A stretch of DNA of 64,000 bases from an uncultured bacterium (GTDB lineage Bacteria > Chloroflexota > UBA5177 > JANWHV01): positions 576,001 to 640,000 of the forward strand of contig CAVSOU010000007.1 of the NCBI GenBank assembly GCA_963729625.1, read 5' to 3'. A program made the translations under genes and the position numbers. The notes beneath the pieces are model-generated. The model was given only the letters and a program-made list of their open reading frames with translations, was not told the origin of the DNA and searched no databases. Positions 59,477 to 64,000 of the stretch are shown one piece after another. The stretch's first letter is position 1. Each line of letters starts with the position of its first letter.

Positions 59477-60982
59477 ATGGGTTCCGACAGCGCCCTGTTT
59501 ATCGTGCATGTAGCCGGCTATGGCGTGTTCCTCTGGCACGGACTCTATGTGTTGACCCGGGGCGATCGCGGTCCGATCGCGCGCTTGACCGGGTGTACGG
59601 CCCTGGTCACTGCGGCGCTTTTCGGGTTCGGCGGCCTCCTGGAGGCATTGAGCTCCAATCCAGTGAGCTTGCAGCTCGCCGTGGACCGCGCGCAGTGGTG
59701 GGCCTCCGTGCTGCCGGCCGTTCTCTGGTTGCATCTCAGCTTTCGCCTGCAGGGCGGCGCGCTTGTCAATCGCGGGCAGCGCGGCCTGATCCAGGCCGCC
59801 TACGTGGCGGCGGCGGCGCTGATCGTGCTGGGCACGTTTACGGATCTGATCCGAAACTATTCGGACAAAGGCTCCGGATCCCTGGATTCAGCCGGCTCCC
59901 TCTATGTCGTATACGTCGCCTTTCTCTTTGTCTGTGCCGGCCTGGCCCTGGTCAAGCTCACTTGGAGACGCCAGCTTTTCCGCGGTGAGGCCGCCTCAAG
60001 CGTGGAAAACCTCATGCTGATCGTCGGCGCCGCGTGCTTTCTGGCCGGCGTGGCCGACTTCACGCTGCACAAAATGCTCGGCAACAACTGGGACGAGGTG
60101 CCGGCCTGGCTATTGCTGGTAATAGGACTGGGAGCCGTCGGCGGCACCGTCGGCGTGCGCAGCAATCTCCTTCTCGGCACCGATGTTCGGCGCGACTTCC
60201 TCTACAGCGCTACAAGCCTGGCGGCGTTGGTCGTGCCCTACCTGCTGGCGAGCGCGATACTGGTCGGATTCGACACCGGGCGGTCGCGCCTGCTCGCTCT
60301 GTTCGTGCTCACGCTCATCGTGCTCAGCCACTCACTCAGCGATGAGGCGGGAGAGTGGCTCGACGCTGCCTTCTTCTCGCCTCCCGTCCGTGAGGAGCGC
60401 GCATTGGCTCGCGCGTACGTGGGCGCGCTGGCGACGCAGCCCGTCGGACTCAGCCCAGAGCTGGGGACGGTCAAATCGTTTGACGACGCAGTTCGCCGGG
60501 CTATTACTCACCTCTCCGATCCCACGAAGCTGGCTACGTCGCCGCTCTTGAGCCTGAGGACAGTCGAGCGCGGCATCGAGGAGCAGAGCCAGGAGGACAA
60601 CCGTCTGAACCGCGCCGCGGCGCTCAAGGAAATCTTGCTCGACCTGCTCGGCGGCCTGCGTCCGGCGGATGGCGGCAGCGTGACCGGCGATGCCAATCGC
60701 TACTACAACTGCCTTTACTACCCCTATGTGCGAGGGTTCAGCCGGAAGCGTGCGCCACGTATCCTGCGCCAGCTGGAGGAGCGCCGGCAGCGCGACGGCG
60801 GCGCGCCGACCGACGGCGAGCGCATCGTCCACTGGATCCTGCAGGTCGACGAAGCAACCTTCTATCGATGGCAGCGGCGTGCATCGGACACGATCGCCGC
60901 GGCGTTGCGCGAGCGGGAGATACTGGCAGGCGGCATCGTGACAGTCGACAGCGGTGCCGCGCCGGCAGAGGTCGCCACATAG
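59477..60982 (+). CDS. Multi-TM (HisKA_7TM-like) sensor fused to a C-terminal HTH-like domain
   Basis: About 9 TMs, then AVRRAITHLSDPTKLATSPLL...LRP...LYYPYV...ATFYRWQRRA; no kinase boxes. Confidence 0.7.
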   Translation: MGSDSALFIVHVAGYGVFLWHGLYVLTRGDRGPIARLTGCTALVTAALFGFGGLLEALSSNPVSLQLAVDRAQWWASVLPAVLWLHLSFRLQGGALVNRGQRGLIQAAYVAAAALIVLGTFTDLIRNYSDKGSGSLDSAGSLYVVYVAFLFVCAGLALVKLTWRRQLFRGEAASSVENLMLIVGAACFLAGVADFTLHKMLGNNWDEVPAWLLLVIGLGAVGGTVGVRSNLLLGTDVRRDFLYSATSLAALVVPYLLASAILVGFDTGRSRLLALFVLTLIVLSHSLSDEAGEWLDAAFFSPPVREERALARAYVGALATQPVGLSPELGTVKSFDDAVRRAITHLSDPTKLATSPLLSLRTVERGIEEQSQEDNRLNRAAALKEILLDLLGGLRPADGGSVTGDANRYYNCLYYPYVRGFSRKRAPRILRQLEERRQRDGGAPTDGERIVHWILQVDEATFYRWQRRASDTIAAALREREILAGGIVTVDSGAAPAEVAT

Positions 60983-61107
60983 ATCGGGCTACAGCTGTAC
61001 ATAGGCTGTGATGTGGCCGGTGAGAGTCCTGGAGAGCGATCGCGCTGTTCGTGAGAGCGTCCTTCGACGTACGGTATGTCCGTTAACGGGGGAAGGGGGT
61101 TTGTCCA

Positions 61108-62073
61108 ATGGCAAACATTGCTGTCACGCAGGCACCCGCGGCACACGATCGAAGCAAGCGCGGAAGCCGGCGCCGCTATCTGATCTGGCTTTTCGCCGCC
61201 ATTCTCGTGCTGGCAGTCGTATTCGTCGGCCTTCCAGGCTATGTCGGATGGCAGATGACCCACCCCAGCCGCGACTACGCCACGCGGACGCCTGCCGCCG
61301 CCGGCCTATCCTATGTCGACGTGTCGTTTCCCAGCCGCATCGGCGACGTGCGGCTCTCCGGCTGGTTCATGCCCTCCAGGCACAGCGCGCGCACCGTGAT
61401 TATCGCCCATGGATACCCGCACCATCGCCTGAACGAAGTGCCGTCGGTGCCCATGGCCCAGGTGCTGGTACATCACGGCTTCAACGTGCTGGCCTTTGAC
61501 TTCCGCGGCTGCGGAAAGTCCGGGGGCGATACGGTCACGCTTGGCCAGGACGAGCCCGGCGATATGCTCGGCGCCGTCGACTACCTGAAAGGTCGGTTTG
61601 CCGGGCAACAGGTGCGGATCGGTCTGCTCGGCTTCTCACTGGGCGCAACCACCAGTCTCGAGACCGGCAGCCAGGATACGCGCGACATTCGCGCGATCGT
61701 CAGCGACAGCGCCTTTGCCGATCTGTATCCCTACATCGTCGATCACGCGGACACATGGACCCATCTGCCCCCGTTCCCGTTCAACCGCCTGATCGCCTGG
61801 ATCACGCCGCCGCTCACCGGGCTGGATCCGCACAAGGTCAATGCCATAACGGCCGTGCAGCACTTGCCGAAGACGCCGATCTTCTTCATCGCAGGCACCG
61901 CGGACAAGACCATCTCGGATGATAATTCACTCGATCTCTACAGGGCAGCGACCACGACATCGAAGCAAATCTGGCTCGTGCCCGGCGGCGGCCACACCAC
62001 CTCGTATGAGCAGCAACCACGCGTGTACGAGCAGCGCGTGCTGGCATTCTTTCAGCAGTACCTCAGGGCATGA
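61108..62073 (+). CDS. Membrane-anchored alpha/beta hydrolase
   Basis: N-terminal TM, HG, DFRGCGKS, nucleophile GFSLG, GTADK and GGGH. Confidence 0.93.
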   Translation: MANIAVTQAPAAHDRSKRGSRRRYLIWLFAAILVLAVVFVGLPGYVGWQMTHPSRDYATRTPAAAGLSYVDVSFPSRIGDVRLSGWFMPSRHSARTVIIAHGYPHHRLNEVPSVPMAQVLVHHGFNVLAFDFRGCGKSGGDTVTLGQDEPGDMLGAVDYLKGRFAGQQVRIGLLGFSLGATTSLETGSQDTRDIRAIVSDSAFADLYPYIVDHADTWTHLPPFPFNRLIAWITPPLTGLDPHKVNAITAVQHLPKTPIFFIAGTADKTISDDNSLDLYRAATTTSKQIWLVPGGGHTTSYEQQPRVYEQRVLAFFQQYLRA

Positions 62074-62157
62074 CCGGTTCGTGCAGCAGCAGGCAGCCCG
62101 GTTTGCGGCCTGCGCCTGCAGGCGCCCGCCGCCGTCGGTGCCCGACGAATCCGCGGT

Positions 62158-63999
62158 CTACTGGAAGCGGCCCAGAATCCGGTCCGGATGTGTATGGCCC
62201 AACGTATCCATATGCATGACCAATAGCGCCTTGTCGATTGGGTCGCCGATGCCCAGGGCATTGACATCGGACGGCGACGGAGGCGTCTCGTTGAAATGTA
62301 TCTGGCCGGCAACACCCTGATACTTGATGCCGGCGATCGCATCGCGAAGGCTGGATCGCGTGACGGACGCCCCGACCTGCCCAATAGCCTGGCTGGTCAG
62401 CTTCACTGCGTCATAGAAGAGCGCTGCCTCGGACGGGACGCGGGCGTAGCCGTAGCCGTTCGGCTTGCCGGGAGCGCGGAAGTTCGCGGCGTAGTCGCTC
62501 TTCATCGCCTGGCTTACTTTCGCGGCGCTACTGCCACGTGGGAACAAGCTGTCCTCGTCCGGATAGAAGTAGCCGGTGAAGCGATAGCGGCCCTTGAACA
62601 CATTGCCATAAGCGATGAACTCTGCCGGGTCGTAGAAGGCGTCGTCACTCACGACGGGCGTGGTGCGATTGCCCATCGTGTCGAGCGCCTGGCCCATGCG
62701 TAGCCCGTCGCTGGCGTAGCCGGTAAAGACGATGAGGTCCGGAACCCGGTTGAGCTGCTCGAGAATCGTCTGGTACTGCTGGGGAGACGTGCCGGCCGCG
62801 GAAGCGCTCTGCACGGTGTAGTTCTCCTGCACGAGCGTGCCCTTGCCGGCCATGTCCGCGGTGAAGATCGTGGCCAGGCCATTGCTGTAGGAATCGTTCG
62901 GATCGCGGAACACCACTATTGTGGGACTTGAGCGCTTTGCGAGAAGGGTCTGAGCATAGTTGGCCAGATCCTGGCCCTGCACGGTATCGCTTGGGCATAC
63001 GCGGAAGAAGTAGGCGCTGCCGTTGAGACTGGGGTTGCTCGACGTCGGCGTGATCATCGGAATGCCCGCATCCGCCAGGTACTGGATACCGGCATTGGTG
63101 CGGCTGCTGGAGGAGTAGCCGAGGAAGGCGAGCACGTTGCTATCGGCCGCCGCCGCCTTCGCCGCTTCCACGGCGCCGCTGGCGCCGCTGGCGTCGTTCG
63201 CCAGCTCCAGCACGAGCTTATGGCCGTTGATACCGCCATTGAGATTGATCTCGTGCTGCGCGGTAAACGCTCCCTGCAGGGCGAAGCGACCGGTGGTGAT
63301 CTTGGGACCACTGAATGAGCTGCCGACGGCGATCACGTAGTAGGGCTGGCCGCTGAGGAGGATGCCGGCGTTCTCGCTATAGATCTGGCTCTCGGCATCA
63401 GTCTTATCGTTCGTATACGCCTGCTGGTAGAGCGCCTGGGCTCGGCTGAGATTGCCATCTTTCCATTGCACGGAGGCGTCACGCTTGTCCTGCGCCCATG
63501 CCTGCGCGTCCGACGCGCTGCCGATGTTGTTATTGGAGGCGGTTGGTATACGCCCGCTCGTGTCGACGTCGAACGCCACCTTCCCGGTGCTGATGGCCCC
63601 GGTTGCCGGCAGTGTCGCCTGCTGCTGCTCGTAGACCATCACGCCGCCGCCCACGCCAACAAGCGCCAGCAGAACGATCGCCACGGCGATCGCCTTGGCC
63701 CGGAAGGTCGAGAGAATTCCCTTTGGCGCCAGCAGGGCGTCGACCTCGGCCTTCATCCTAGCGGCAGACTGGTAGCGATACTTGAGATCATTCTGGAGCG
63801 CTTTTTCGACGATGTGCACCGTGACGTCGGAGACGTTCGGATTGAGTGTCTTGATCGGCGGGTACGAGAACAGCGGCTCGACTCCTTGCGGATTCCGGCC
63901 CGTGAGAAGCTGGTGCGTGGTGGCTCCCAGGGCGTAGAGATCGGAGAGGGTCGACTCTTTGCCTTCGAACTGTTCGCGCGGCGCGTAGCCGGGCGTGCC
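62158..63999 (-). CDS. Ser/Thr protein kinase fused through a TM helix to a type-1 periplasmic-binding (LivJ-like) domain; 5'-partial
   Basis: Upstream in-frame GTPGYAPREQ...SDLYALGAT..LLTG...RYQSA; TM; AQHEINLNGGING, FFRVCPSD and YQGVAGQIHF. Confidence 0.9.
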   Translation of the reverse strand, partial: GTPGYAPREQFEGKESTLSDLYALGATTHQLLTGRNPQGVEPLFSYPPIKTLNPNVSDVTVHIVEKALQNDLKYRYQSAARMKAEVDALLAPKGILSTFRAKAIAVAIVLLALVGVGGGVMVYEQQQATLPATGAISTGKVAFDVDTSGRIPTASNNNIGSASDAQAWAQDKRDASVQWKDGNLSRAQALYQQAYTNDKTDAESQIYSENAGILLSGQPYYVIAVGSSFSGPKITTGRFALQGAFTAQHEINLNGGINGHKLVLELANDASGASGAVEAAKAAAADSNVLAFLGYSSSSRTNAGIQYLADAGIPMITPTSSNPSLNGSAYFFRVCPSDTVQGQDLANYAQTLLAKRSSPTIVVFRDPNDSYSNGLATIFTADMAGKGTLVQENYTVQSASAAGTSPQQYQTILEQLNRVPDLIVFTGYASDGLRMGQALDTMGNRTTPVVSDDAFYDPAEFIAYGNVFKGRYRFTGYFYPDEDSLFPRGSSAAKVSQAMKSDYAANFRAPGKPNGYGYARVPSEAALFYDAVKLTSQAIGQVGASVTRSSLRDAIAGIKYQGVAGQIHFNETPPSPSDVNALGIGDPIDKALLVMHMDTLGHTHPDRILGRFQ

Positions 64000-64000
64000 C

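Overview
High-GC (about 65% by eye) bacterial chromosomal segment. Gene content suggests a soil Chloroflexota-like organism (inference only). In order: rsmI, PHP and GIDE-domain genes; Moco genes (fused moaD-moaE, moeA) separated by an intact IS1380 element, a lone dynamin-like GTPase and a HicB-like remnant; glpK; a MarR/zinc-ribbon pair; a 15-kb divergent sugar-utilisation locus (two ABC permease/SBP sets, atypical GH38-like hydrolase, ROK, SIS, PMI-like, RpiR); an anaerobic nitrate/NO block (hemerythrin, narGHJI, hcp, Crp/Fnr) with three TGTGA-N6-TCACA-type boxes; tRNA-Ala and tRNA-Trp; several secreted proteins; orphan sensors; and a partial Ser/Thr kinase fused to a periplasmic-binding-protein domain. 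The best candidate for an undescribed system is a lower-GC, translationally coupled three-gene cassette (38594-40525) between narI and a broken methyltransferase. It encodes a TIGR04255-like protein, an antitoxin-like protein and a small ADP-ribosyltransferase-like protein, and may be a tripartite toxin/anti-phage module. No CRISPR array or rRNA was seen. All assignments come from motif recognition by eye; no searches were run.
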